Positions 22,660-35,898 are shown, counted from the whole stretch's first letter. The stretch: DNA of 63,977 nt, filler included, from Octopus bimaculoides (GCF_001194135.2; 4 parts of 4 records of this genome joined end to end with filler, not necessarily neighbours in it), one strand, 5' to 3'. Translations and numbers: made by a program. The notes: generated by a model from the sequence alone, not told the origin.

Positions 22660-24310
22660 CTGGTTAGCTGGGAAGGTGTGTAGTAAACAATGTATGCGAT
22701 ATAATGAATATTCATGATACTGAATATACCAATTAGAATATATTAAAGACTAATATTGATAGAATGCGAATTCAGTCTTCCAAGCTGTTTCTAGAAATAG
22801 AGTATGTAGGAGTATATTATGCAATGTGTCTTTTTCTAATATAAAAAATGGTATGATTTGAGGGATATGTAGTTATTATTTCTAGCGGGCCGAGCAGACT
22901 TAGTGACACTAACATTTGCTTGTGCAGTATAATGTTTTGACCAGGTGGAGATCATTTCTAATGTAGTCAAAGTGGATCGTAACATAATATAGATTTATTA
23001 CGATCTGGCGGACATTTGTTGTGGTGCAGTATAAACTAAACCTCACATGTTGATTTTAGCTCCATGTTTGGCATAACAGACCAGTTCTATGATAAAAAGT
23101 TTGCCGTCCATGAACGTTTATTTATAAATACGTTGTACGTACCTTTTCTTTTGCTTTTAAAATGGTTGGACGTGATTGAAAGAGATTTGGCAGATACTGC
23201 TAGCGGATCGAGTTGGGGGTCTATAATTTCAAAGATCAGTTGTAGACATTTTGTATTGTCGTACACACATGCGATGAAATGAAGATCTGTTGGCATGTGA
23301 TAAATACTTGTGTTAGAGTGTAGGCCTTGACATAAGTATTTATCACAAGTATTTATTAAGTGTGTGGAGTTTAGTTGATGTGGAATTTGGAGACCTATTA
23401 TGATGAGGTGATCACTGTTGTATGCAACGTAAATGTTTTGTAATGAAGTGTCGAAGTAGTGTACACTTATAATCTGTATATTATATTATTAAACAAGATT
23501 CTCAAAACCGTAGGTGCATATCAGGATTCTATGCTAATGTATGTAGGTAGGTAACTTTAGGTTTCTATATGGTTTGTGTTTGTCTGTAGAAAAGTTGACA
23601 TTACCATTGCACATGCGGTAGTGATGATTTTTTTTTTGAAGAAGTTGATTAGATCTTTTCTAAGTACCCTCTTTTGAATGACTGTTCACATGCTAGGATA
23701 TAACTACGTTTATATAATTACCTTGTATTTATAGGAGTGAATTTAGTTTGCAGTATATCAGGTACATAAAGACCAATTAGATCACAAAACTCAGCGCTAT
23801 CAAACGAACCTAGTTTTTCTTGCATGCATGATGATACGGATTCTACTTTTCCTAACAATCATGAAGGATATCAATTGCATAATAGTTACACAGGGGACAT
23901 CAGAATAATAGAATGAAATATTTAATGATATGATTATCTGAATCATTTCAAAATAACCATATTTTATTATATAATGTATCCATTAACGTTTTAAACCGCT
24001 ATTCTTTCGTAGCTTCAACTGCCACAGTTTTTCCAGCATGTATCCATTTTCAATTGACATCAGTTTATTTAAAATGTTAAAGCAGTTAGATTTAAAAAGT
24101 TCTGCAGCTTCATCCAACTTAGGGAAGCCAAAGACCTATTACAATAGGTATAAATAAAGAGTGAATTATGCCCATTACCATTATCTTAATTTTATTGCCT
24201 GCATTCAATACCAGATGTTTTCACAGACATTCAATAGCTCTTCATTATACATGCTCGATATTCGGGCTGAGTAGTTAAAGTTTGCTGTTCGTCTGATGAA
24301 ACTTCAATTC
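22660..24310 (-). mobile_element. Penelope-like element relic, Naiad-type (RT plus C-terminal GIY-YIG region), heavily mutated
   Basis: KLGSFDSAEFCDLIGLYV (23765-23815) matches MGSxDGAExCELVGLY. Also KHKPYRN..PTYIH, APTVLR.L.NNI..RL, SVMPNMELK and LVK.I.Y.ANVSV. Confidence 0.75.
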
Positions 24311-24342
24311 ACGATGTCTAATCATTCGAAGCCTTTACATCA

Positions 24343-24413
<71 letters not shown>

Positions 24414-24463
24414 AATATATGCATATGTGTATGTAAATATATATATATATGTATGTGTGTATG

Positions 24464-24496
<33 letters not shown>

Positions 24497-24618
24497 GTGN
24501 NNNNNNNNNNNNNNNNNNNNNNNNNNNNNNNNNNNNNNNNNNNNNNNNNNNNNNNNNNNNNNNNNNNNNNNNNNNNNNNNNNNNNNNNNNNNNNNNNNNN
24601 NNNNNNNNNNNNNNNNNN

Positions 24619-24652
<34 letters not shown>

Positions 24653-25281
24653 TGCGCATACATATGTGTGTTTGCGTGTATGCATATTAATACATATATT
24701 GTACATTATATAATATACACACACACAAACACACACATATATTTACACAATCACATAGGTAATATAAGTATAGGTTATATACGCATGTGTGGGCATTCGT
24801 GTATGTGTGGACATATACACGAGAAGGGTTTACGGTTACATTCAGCAGCAACGAAAGAAGGGTTGCTTCTTTGATACTGAAGTATAAGTTAGTTAACAAA
24901 TCACTAGTAATGCACGTTGAAGAGAATCATTAAGATAAAACGAGAAGCATTAAAGGTCAACTCGACCAAAATAGGGCTGCAATTAGCGCATTTATAGCTT
25001 GGAGGCGTATAGCAACCGACAAAGCGATGTGTTAAGCTAAATTTTAATTCTATCGTTTTGTGGGCCAGCATTAATTATGTTGTAGAGGGTGAAAATGCGC
25101 GCACATACCACTGTTGGCAGTTGATGGCAGTATAGGCTAAGATAATTTCGGAAAGAGAGGACTGAAGTGAGAATGATAGAATAAGAATGAGAGGGTGATT
25201 GGCTGAGAGAGATTCAATGAGAGATAAAGGGAAAAGTCGTCAAAAGTTAAGAGCGAAAAGTAGAAGAATGAATTGACAATA

Positions 25282-25355
<74 letters not shown>

Positions 25356-25429
25356 TTTTTAATAATCTCGCTACATTCTTCTTTTCTCTTTGTTCTCTAT
25401 TCTGAAAGTGCGTGTGTGTGTGTGTATGT

Positions 25430-25475
<46 letters not shown>

Positions 25476-26268
25476 TTGCGAAGTGTCAGAGAAAGGGATA
25501 GAAAATTGAGTGGAAATTACAGAAAAGAAGACAAAGAAAAAAGAACAAAAAGTTGAAGAACTATATATCAATAAAAGTAAATCAAAAGAGAAATTGTACT
25601 GCACGTATGCGCATGTGAGAGTGGGAACGATAGAGACAGAGAGAGTGAGAGAGTGAGAGAGAAATAGAGAGAGAGAGATGAGGCACAGAAAAGAATGTGA
25701 GGTAAAAAGAGAAAAGATGATTATGTATTTAAATATACAAAAGAGAAAAACAGTGAGAGACAAAACGAAGAAATAAATAGAAAGAGAAAGCGAGACTGGA
25801 AGAGAAATGGACAGAAAGGTAGGGATAACAAGAGAAAAGAGAAAAGTGTATTGAATGCAAACAGTAAAAGAATCTTATGAAAGAAACTGTAGCGAGTTTC
25901 AAATGAAAACTTTGTCCGGATTTGAATACCTTTAATTATGCAACAACAAAGAACTGTTGGCTGAAAATTTGGATTTCTGCCATTTTTCTGTATTTCAAAA
26001 GCGACGCTAGAAGATCTTGAAATGATTTAGTTAGCAGAAATAAGAAAATATAAATCAAATCATTCATTTATTTAAATCTAATTCATCATTTGTAGCTTTT
26101 ATCAATCATAAACATTTTGACTAGTATTTATCTCACCGAGAATATAACTACATTTCGCTAACTTTCTGTTGACAATACAACACTTGGAATGAAAATAGTC
26201 TACACAAGTTTATCATTTATCATTTCTTCACAGTAAATAAAGAACTGTTGCTGGTTTGTTTTGCACAG

Positions 26269-26348
26269 ATATTTTCAACGAGTTGACAGGGCAATCAGCC
26301 TGTCGTCCAGAGATGTACAGTTCCTCTCTTTATGTGTATGTGGAACTG
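26269..26348 (+). CDS. Candidate 80-nt internal exon of an unidentified host gene
   Basis: Acceptor ggtttgttttgcacag|, donor CTG|gtatga, in non-repetitive sequence. Two frames are open: (D)IFNELTGQSACRPEMYSSSLYVYVEL or YFQRVDRAISLSSRDVQFLSLCVCGT. No homology recognised. Confidence 0.3.
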
Positions 26349-27055
26349 GTATGAATTGATGGACGTTTGGCTCCTAATTTTTGCTGAATGAGTGACAGAA
26401 ACGAGGGTCGATTACTGGCTATAGTACGTCTACCTGAGATGTATTAGATCATGCAACACAAAATTTTGTTTTAGCAAACCTAGATGTCGACCTTTTACTT
26501 GTTTGCCAGAAGTGATATAGTATATAAGTTTTTTTCTGAAAGAAATACTATATACCAATTATAGTTAATTTTCATTTTAGTGTTACCTACTCATATAATC
26601 ACCCCGTTGAAAAATATGAGACTGACAGATAAATAGATAGATAGATAAATAGATGTAGAGAGAAAGAGACAGAGAGAGGGCAAGAAAGAACAATCATAAA
26701 CTGAGTCTTTTACAAGTTGACGTCACCTACTAGAAACAATAATCAAATCTCTCTCGAATGCCATGCTACATTGAATAAGAGAAGGATATATTGGATAATG
26801 TAACCATGTACCCAACCTCTGAATAAACGATCTGATATTCTCAACAGAACATCTTTGATCATATTTTTGATCAGATATGGTGAATTTGAACACGTAATTA
26901 ATACGTTTTCAATTACAAAGAATTACTGAGACTGTTTAACTTCGGTTTGCATAGTGTTGAGTGAACGAGAGGCACATATGGTGCGAACGCTAATTCCGTT
27001 TCTGGCTAAGCTCTTTGGTGCAATTGTATTTTCCTCATGTTCTCACTCCATATAC

Positions 27056-27305
27056 TAATAAATTGTTGGACTAAGTTAAACACTATCAGAGAAAGACAGT
27101 GATGATCTATATCGGCAGACAGTAACTACAAAATGTTCAAATTCAGAATAGGATTTAAGTAGCGAGAAAAAGAGAGGTTATAATAAATTGTTGGACTAAG
27201 TTAAACACTATCAGAGAAAGACAGTGATGATCTATATCGTCAGACAGTAACTACAAAATGTTCAAATTCAGAATAGGATTTAAGTAGCAAGAAAAAGAGA
27301 GGTTA
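27056..27305. repeat. Near-perfect tandem duplication of a 125-bp unique segment
   Basis: 27056-27180 vs 27181-27305, with two substitutions seen (tatcggcag/tatcgtcag and tagcgaga/tagcaaga). Confidence 0.95.
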
Positions 27306-27999
27306 GTTAGAACATGTTGTCCGAGAAAAGTAGGATTCTGTCTGAAACGCTTCATTCCCCTTCTTTCACTTGGCTTATGCTATTATACTAGCTTTTTGTG
27401 TTGCGATTTATGTTGCTTTCGTCAACAATATAACATAATGCAGCTGATGTAATCTATCAAGATTACCAACTAAATCTGCAGGGTTTTCGGAACTTATCTG
27501 GAAACCAATGAAGGTGGGGAGCTGATATAAACAGTAGAACGCAGAAATAAGTGCTTTACAATATTTTGTTTCGTCTTTCTATTTCACACGTCTAAATCTC
27601 ACAGTTGATATGCTCTCCTTTCTTTGCAGAAACACTAGAATAAGAACTAGTGACGTAGTACTTTTAATTCAGTAACTCTAGCTAAACATATGCAATACTG
27701 ATGCTGTTTGTTACTGTTTTCTATTGTGTAACTCTTGGATATTCCAGTATTGCAAATATTTCCTACATCGTCCATTTTGTTCCGAGATATGTCGTGCAGT
27801 GTAGGTTTCAAGTAAAACTTCTGTAATACTGTTTGTCTTGATACTAGTAATATCCCTCCACTTAACCGGATACTACTTTTGGGTAAGACATAAGTACATT
27901 AACATACCGTTAATATCCTGCTTAAGTCGCGTGAAACTTGCAACATAGTTGGGTGGGTCAATGAAATTGTGGGAGCAGTCTATGGAATATTAAAAATAA

Positions 28000-29060
28000 A
28001 AATTGGTATGTTCTACAAAAATAAGGAGAATATTAGTGTTTTGTTTCTAGTCAAATTAATGTATTAATTTATTCCCAATAGCTAATATCTATGACTATCA
28101 GTTATTGATCTGAATATCATTGGCACCTTCACCAAGAAATTATCTGTAGTCGATTGTTGTTTCTTGGATCAATGAGAAGAAATAATATTCAATTTCATGC
28201 CAAACATTTTGATAGCTGTACCTTGCTGTTTAGTATTCCCGTCAAATTTTCAACAAATCTTTATTAACAAAAAGCTGCTTCAAAAATGCCATGCAAATTA
28301 CATTTCTAAAAAGTCGTATTCTTTTGCCTTCAATCTCACCTGATCTGTTACAATAAAGACTTGTTGAAGCTGACCAGCATTAACAATACCAACCTTAGCT
28401 TCTGTAATAATTTAGTCTCAGTATTGCTTTGCTATGATATTTCTTGTTATTCTAGATTCGCAGTCGAGAAATGTTTACTTTCTTTAGGATTAGAAATTAT
28501 TTTACAATTGCTAATATCCCTATTCAATTCTTGATAAAATCGTTTTTGTTTCGTGCTGCATATACCATTATTCATGTATCAATTGATTCTCTCTGATGGA
28601 TTCTAGTTATTTTGCTATTTTTGGTTGTAAGTCACTCAGTTACTCTAGCATTGTTGCAAGTTCTTTGCCTATCAAAGTTAGTTTTGTATTTTATTCCCAG
28701 TCTTTTTTATATTTTATATACTTTAGCATATATTTTTCTGTCCAAATTACTTATATGTTCTTTTGAAGTTTGTTCAATCTTTTAGTAACTTCTCTGTTTC
28801 TTTAATCCAGATTTCTCAGAAGCCCAGGCATGAGCTGTTTTGGCCAAGTTATTTCAGTAACATTATTAGTTCTAAAAGATAGAGTAGTATTCCGATAACT
28901 TTGAGATAACATTTACTTTTCTGTGACTTTCTAATTGATTCCGTGCATATTCTTACCTTTCCTTGTTATTCATGACAATTCCCTCTGTTAATACTTCTCT
29001 TCATTTGTAAGCATTTCCATCCCACTTAGGGTTGTTATCTTGATATGCTTCTTATATAGC
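28000..29060 (-). mobile_element. Old R4/Dong-type fragment (region N-terminal to RT)
   Basis: TNNVTE..AHAWASEKSGLKK and KQKRFYQELNRD..NPKESKHF resemble the R4 NQKRFYQELN..P..EES..FW motif. Many stops. Confidence 0.6.
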
Positions 29061-29709
29061 TCCCTGCATTGAGACATAATTTATGATGTTCTACAATCCA
29101 ATTTATTCCATTATCATTGTTTTGGAGACTTGAGAAGAATAATGATGCATTGTTATTGTAATGAGTCATAGCGTTGCATCGTATTGCATTTATTTACTCT
29201 ATCACTAAGATTAGCGTTACAAATATTTTGTTATGCTTGTGTTTTGCTGTAATAAGTGTGTATTGTTTGTTATTACTGAGATTCTAGTGTCTTAGTGCGT
29301 TCTAGCGTGTTTTGTTGCATGCTGCTACTTTGACATGCTACATTGTTTAATCAATTGCGGTATCGTGCAGCAAGTACTACAAAGCATGTTATGTTACAGC
29401 GAAGACAACGAAGGAACCTCCAGGTAGTCACTCGACCTTCTAGAAATATCAGCTAAATCTCTCTGAAACCATACTATATTCTCTTAAAAGAAAAAAAAAA
29501 CAAGTACACATTAATTAATGTAGGTCTGGGCATACTGTCTGGTTATGGTTGGAATACCATTGATTATGTCCCTCTGATCAGAAATGACTCGGGACTAAAT
29601 AACAGCAACAACTATCTGCTTTCTCTGTCAGTTTTGTGGTGTTAGCAGTTTCTAGTGTATGTAGTCACGAATAGTTACTAATCACACCCATGCCACACGA
29701 CTGAACATT

Positions 29710-29838
<129 letters not shown>

Positions 29839-30087
29839 NNNNNNNNNNNNNNNNNNNNNNNNNNNNNNNNNNNNNNNNNNNNNNNNNNNNNNNNNNNNNN
29901 NNNNNNNNNNNNNNNNNNNNNNNNNNNNNNNNNNNNNNNNNNNNNNNNNNNNNNNNNNNNNNNNNNNNNNNNNNNNNNNNNNNNNNNNNNNNNNNNNNNN
30001 NNNNNNNNNNNNNNNNNNNNNNNNNNNNNNNNNNNNNNNNNNNNNNNNNNNNNNNNNNNNNNNNNNNNNNNNNNNNNNNNNNNNNNC

Positions 30088-30179
30088 ATAAGAGCACCAC
30101 AGCAATCCACAGCACATACCCAAGGCGCACAGAGCTGCGCTCGGTAGTGAAGTGAAAGCACGTTATAAAAATATAACTA

Positions 30180-30250
<71 letters not shown>
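30088..30250 (+). mobile_element. R4/Dong-type 3' UTR with a long (TAA)n tail, next to a gap
   Basis: cacatacccaaggcgcacagagctgcgctcggtagtgaagtgaaagcacg..actactg(aat)n. The same UTR follows the RLE C-terminus at 34860-35085. Confidence 0.8.
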
Positions 30251-30253
<3 letters not shown>

Positions 30254-30909
30254 TAATAATGATTGGCATATACATATGCCAATCTACTCAAATGTTACCG
30301 AGGCGCTGAGTATCCTTATACAATATTGTTCACTGTTCCTTTAAGCACACCAAATCATCTTTTATATATTTTCTCAGTGCTTTTACCGCTTTCAGAACAC
30401 TAGAGTGAGACCGATCTTAGATTTTAACTGGTCTATCATAACCTTTTGAGTTCTGATCGTGATGTTTCGAGCTCTGGTATTACAGCACTTTTTATTTGAC
30501 ATGATGACTAATGATAAATTTATTTTTTATTTACCTTAGGCTTTTACTTTATTTTTAATAATAAAAAAAAATAAATAATAAATATGCTCAAGTCTCTTTT
30601 CAAGCCAACTTCTTTGTCATATTTGCCAGTCTGACAGAAAATAGAAAACAAACAATTTCTTCCGTTTGTTACTCCTTCAATAGTTTCTATTAAGTTGCTG
30701 TATTTTTTTCTTTCTCAAATGTATTTATGTAATACAACGGTAATTATTTTCCATTAATCTTTTACTTAAGTCTTCCATTATCGAATAGCGGCGAATGAAG
30801 TAATTATTGCTACTTTTAACATCTATAATATTTATTTATTCTTACTTACATCGTTAGTATGCAGAAACGAGAGAACGCCGAACTAAATACCTAGAAATAT
30901 TTAGCTATA

Positions 30910-31400
30910 CTAAAGCGGCAAGCTGACAGAATCGTTACTGTTTAGCGGCACTTTGTCCGTCTTTACGTTCTGCACTCAAATTCTCCTAAGTTTGACTTTG
31001 CCTTTCATCCTTCGGGATCGATAAAATAACTACAAGTTGAACACTGGGGTCGATGTAATCGACTACCCCCACCTCCGAAGTTTCTGACCTCGTGCCAAAA
31101 TTTGAAACCAGTATTTAGTTATATTCCTCGACATTTTTGCGTTCAAATATTGCCGTAATCGACTTGGTCTTTCATAAAGAGATGGTGAAATAAGTTTATA
31201 TGAAATGTATAAAGATGTTGATTTTCTAAAAATCGTATGTTTCATATCGTTAATTACAATAATGAGTTGTATCGGACACGATACAATGCGTTCCTTAAGT
31301 GTTTCACATCTCATCAACTATTATGGCTGACAGAGTCGTTAGCTCGCCGGGTAAAATGCTTAGTGGCATTTCGTCCGTCTTTACATTCTGAGTTCAAATT
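30910..31400 (+). mobile_element. SINE-B copy plus a second head fragment
   Basis: Family-B head, core and tail. Confidence 0.8.
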
Positions 31401-31666
31401 TTGTGCACGAGATGGTGAAATGAAAAGATGATGAGAAGCAGAGGTATTAATATAAATATATTATGTGAACAGTGAAGAGGTCTTTGGAAATCCACGTTTG
31501 AAAAAAACTCAGCAATTTTTTTCTTCGGGAATTTTCGAAGTTTCAAAGGTTCAAAAGTTTAGAAAGTTTAAAAGGTCTAGCGGTTTTTGAGAGACAGGTA
31601 GATAAATAGATAGATAAATAAACAGACAGACAGGCATACAGATAGATAGTCGCCTTCGTCATCGTC

Positions 31667-31792
31667 TTCGTCTCTTCGTCTCTTCGTCACTTCGTCTCTT
31701 CGTCTCTTCGTCACTTCGTCTCTTCGTCTCTTCGTCACTTCGTCTCTTCGTCTCTTCGTCACTTCGTCTCTTCGTCTCTTCGTCTTCGTCTT
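31667..31792. repeat. 8-mer minisatellite with a 24-bp higher-order period (CTTCGTCT CTTCGTCT CTTCGTCA)
   Basis: Read directly: four 24-bp units plus partial units. Confidence 0.95.
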
Positions 31793-31905
31793 AATAACAA
31801 CCAATTCGCCATTGAACACCCAGCCTTGTAACGTGTAAAGTCTGATGAAGAATTATAGATCCAAAAGCGCTCACTAACCCGAGTACTAGCAACAAGGCTC
31901 TAGAG

Positions 31906-32287
31906 CAGGGGTTCCCAACCCCATTTTACTTGTGGAGATTCCGGAGACAGTAAATGAATTTCCAACCGTCAAGTTGAGGCTAGGCACTTCCATAGAAGAT
32001 ACCTGTATTTATTGAAATTTTCAAGATTTGTATTTGGAATTTATGTTATGAATATAACGAAATTGTTTCATTGTTGGTTTTTACTAACCTACAAACAAAT
32101 ATATTATTTCAAAAATTTACATGTGCATATATGGGGTCCACAGAGGATGAGATAGCTCTCCGTAACCTCTTCTAGTAAACAAAATTTATATATGGACTCA
32201 CAAATCACATTTTCTTTTACTCCTGGACCCTCTCAAAGCTTCTGTAGACCCCTGGAGGTCCTTGTGGACCCCGGTTGGGAACCCCTG
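31906..32287. mobile_element. hAT-superfamily MITE, 382 bp
   Basis: Perfect 15-bp TIRs CAGGGGTTCCCAACC (31906-31920, 32273-32287). The 8-bp flanks ctctagag and ctataaat match 5/8, and the left one fits the Charlie-type NTCTAGAN target. Confidence 0.9.
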
Positions 32288-32454
32288 CTATAAATAAACC
32301 ACATGCCACAAGTAGGCCCCATCTATCTATCTATCTATCNNNNNNNNNNNNNNNNNNNNNNNNNNNNNNNNNNNNNNNNNNNNTTAATTAATTAANNNNN
32401 NNNNNNNNNNNNNNNNNNNNNNNNNNNNNNNNNNNNNNNATATATGTATATATA

Positions 32455-32619
32455 TACGACGGGCTTCTTTCAGTTTCCGTCTACCAAATCCACTCACAAG
32501 GCTTTGGTCGGCAGGAGGCTATAGTAGAAGACACTTGCCCAAGGTGCCACGCAGTGGGACTGAACCCAGGACCATGTGGTTGGTAAGCAAGCTACTTACC
32601 ACACAGCCACTCCTGCGCC
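32455..32619 (-). mobile_element. SINE family A 5' half, little diverged
   Basis: Almost identical to 62362-62520 (opposite strand). Intact tRNA-like head. Confidence 0.92.
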
Positions 32620-32774
32620 TACTTGTATAGAAATTGTATAAAAATAATTATTAAATTATTTTGTGCATTGTAGAAGTACAACCAGTGTATTGCATATAAA
32701 TTTAAACAGTGAAATCTTATATGGACCTCCCCAAAGGTTATGTGATTCCTGGTTGATATTTTGTGAAGCCCATG

Positions 32775-33105
32775 AGTCTGTGGTTTGAGTATCAGGCTCA
32801 CAATCATGAAATAGTGAGTTTGATTCCCAGACTGGGCTGTATGTTGTGTTCTTGAACAAGACACTTTATTTCACGTTGTTCCAGTTCACTCATCTGTAGA
32901 AATGAGTTGCGACATCACTGGTGCCAAGCTGTATCAGCCCCTTTGCCTTTCCCTTGGATAACATCAGTGGCCTGGAGAGGGGAGGATGGTATGCATGGGC
33001 GACTGCTGGTCTTCCATAAACCACCGTACCTAGACTTGTGCCTTGGAGGGAAACTTTCTAGGTGCAATGCCATGGTCATTCATGACTGAGGGGGGTCTTC
33101 CTTCC
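32775..33105 (+). mobile_element. SINE family D
   Basis: tRNA-like head and the body cactggtgccaagctgtatc..cttccataaa, shared with 40550-40855 and 60685-61290. Confidence 0.88.
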
Positions 33106-33259
33106 TTCACTTTGTAAAAAAACATACCATGTAGTGTACACTCACTGCTGTGCAGCATATGTTCTGGCATACAACATGTTGCTGTAACATGTACTGCATT
33201 GTGCTTCTGTTGCTTCTTTCTTCCTGTCCACTCCAGTGTGCTTTCGTATGCCATTAGAT

Positions 33260-33520
33260 TCTTGGAATACAAAAATTAAAACTAACAGGTCACACACTCT
33301 GGCTACCAGAACACCACTTTCAAACAGCTTTCAAATGGATATCACTGGAGGAGAAAAGAAAGAAAGGGAGACCAAGACCTACACGGTGCAGGTCATTCAT
33401 AAACCGATATGAATGAGGCTAATATTACATGGCTAGATACAAAGAAAACTGCTGCCAACAGAAGCCAGTAATGTCAACTTTCTGCCCAATGTGCTCAAGA
33501 GCACAGGAGGAAGTGAAACT
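33260..33520 (+). mobile_element. 3' end of an RTE-clade LINE ORF (relic)
   Basis: GHTLWLPEHHFQTAFKWISLEEKRKKGRPRPT..ITWLDTKKTAANRSQ..CAQEHRRK* matches the RTE C-terminal GH.LR..W.P..KR.RGRP..TW motif. Confidence 0.75.
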
Positions 33521-34454
33521 GAAAAAGAAAGATTCGCAAGACGAGTGGGTTGAGTGGAGAAACCGACACAACAAAAACAACAGCAGTAACACAACAACAA
33601 AACAACTGGAATATAATAATATAACTTTAATTCAACTGCGGCACTTAAAATTCGTTAGAATAACAATCAGACTGACATTAAAAAATTGGCTGCTTCTTCA
33701 TTCTCTAAGTGCAAACTGCTTAGGAGCCTTGTCGATATAATAGGATTTGTTTATGGTAATGTATTTTAAAACAGTGATAATCCATCAGAGCATTTGTTTG
33801 TTTGTTTTTTAATTAATTGCAAATCAGTGCATATTGATGAATCTCAAATGGAGGTTGGCCAAAACTAACAAAAGTTTACAAGGAATTTCTCTGAAAAGCA
33901 TTGAAACATCAAGACTATTAAATTCATTAATGTATACACACTATTTCTTTATGTATGCATGCATGCACACACACACACACACACGCACACAGTAAAAATG
34001 TCTATAGAGTTGACCCCAATCACCTTTAAGATTAGATTCACATAGTACACTCATACATTTATGTTTCTTTTAGTTCAGTTATTGACCATGTGGGGACTTT
34101 TCTTCCCATCCACTTTAGTATTAGCTTAACATTCTGTAACTCCATAATAATAATACCCCAGCTACTCTTTTACTCAATAATAATAATAATAATAATAATG
34201 TAATAATAACTGGCATTGTTCATTTCTTGAGAAGGGCATTATCAATTTAAAAACCTTGCAAAGACATAGATGCTGTTTTATTTATGCCCTTATGATGATA
34301 GTTATACATTGTTAAATGTATGTATTACCAAATTTTTCTTTAAGCATCAGAGTACTACCTGGCATGATAAGGGAAAGATGAAGAATTCAAAAGAAGTTAA
34401 TAATGATCCGAAGCCTTGAAAGCCACTGCTTGTATTGCATCAGGGTTTTTACTA

Positions 34455-34670
34455 GTACTACTATTATTATTGTTAGCATACTGGGCAAAATGCTTAGCGG
34501 TATTTTGCCCATCACTATGTTCTGAGTTCAAATTCCGACAAGGTCGACTTTGCCTTTCATCCTTTCAGGGGGGGGGGTCGATAAAATAAATACCAGTTGA
34601 ACACTGGGGTTCGGTGTAATCAACTCATCCCTTTCCCCAAAATTGCTGCCCTTGAGGCAAAATTTGAAAC

Positions 34671-34707
<37 letters not shown>

Positions 34708-34710
34708 GAA
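34455..34710 (+). mobile_element. SINE-B copy with a (TTA)n tail
   Basis: Family-B head, core and gaaacc(att)n. Confidence 0.85.
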
Positions 34711-34859
34711 AGGATTGAGGTAACTCCTCCTGAAGATCATCATCATCATCGTTTAACGTCCGCTTTCCATGCTAGCATGAGACAAATTTATTTTTTGAAC
34801 CAGTTGAAGACATACAAGATGTCGAAATATCGTTCACTAGATAACAATGGCACTCTTCT

Positions 34860-35085
34860 TTTATTATTATTATTATTCAGTAGTAGTATTTTTATTACAT
34901 GCTTTCACCAAGTGCAGCTCTGTGTGCCTTGGGTATGTGCCTTTGTTCGTCTTGGTATTGTTATTTCCACTGAATTGAAAGTGCTTTATGTAGGATGTGT
35001 ATAGTGCCTAGTAGTGCCATTTTCTGTATTTTATATATATTCATACATTCTGGTGTTTTGGATATTTATTTATCTGTATATTATT
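34860..35085 (-). mobile_element. R4/Dong-type extreme 3' end with a (TAA)n tail, flanked by (TTA)n on both sides
   Basis: NIYKIQKMALLGTIHILHKALSIQ, then the shared 3' UTR and actactg(aat)n. Confidence 0.88.
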
Positions 35086-35095
35086 ATTGTTATCA

Positions 35096-35131
<36 letters not shown>

Positions 35132-35898
35132 TCCACTACTGCTGCAAGATCCTATCAATGTCTAATTAGCTGTTGCTAGGAAACCCATATAACGTGATTG
35201 TTTTGTAGAATTCCCAGTTTTCACTTGATTTTTCAAAAAACTAAAATTGATTTCTTGGGATTATCAAAAGCAACAAATGCTTTAATAGAACTTGCTGTGA
35301 GTTAACGAAGAATTTAATTTAATAAATGATAACCTCACTTGCTGTAACCAGATTGTATTTTACCAAAATGCTTACAGTTTTATGTAATTCTGTTCTTTTA
35401 TTCTATTTTCATTCTATTACTTATGGATTGTGGCCATACTGGAGTTATGGGTTTTTAACCTTTAAGCATTCAGATTGCTCTGTCAAATGTATTGCTTATT
35501 TATTCACATTGTTTTGAATTAATCGTGCATTATCTCATAGCTTTGAGATGTCCATGATGTAATTGTATCATCATCATCATCATCATCATTTAACATCTCT
35601 TGTCTATGCTGGCATGGGTTGGATGGTTTGACAAGGGCTGGAGAGCTGCACCAGGCTTCCAACCAAGCCTTTCACGATACCCTTAAAGCCAGTAACTTTT
35701 CAACACACACATACACACACACACACACACACATGATGGTCTGTCATACAGTTTCCCCTCTACCAAATTAATTAACAAGACATTGGTCATCCTTGGGCCA
35801 CAGTAGAAGACACTTGCCCAAGATTCCACCCAGTGGGACTGAACCTGATACCACATGACTGCCAAGCAAGTTTACTAACCATACAGCCATACCTGCTC

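Noticed and set aside
26326-26431. Minus-strand terminal-exon reading GRRTIASNRPSFLSLIQQKLGAKRPS..*
   Set aside because: The acceptor is weak and it overlaps the better-supported plus-strand candidate. It cannot be excluded without RNA data.
30850-30890. Minus-strand 41-nt segment with a GTAAGT donor
   Set aside because: It appears to be part of a dispersed repeat next to a SINE-B, with no independent support.
31577-31819. ORF with (KRRRDEVT)n repeats
   Set aside because: It is the by-product of a 24-bp repeat period and is flanked by (GATA/GACA)n.
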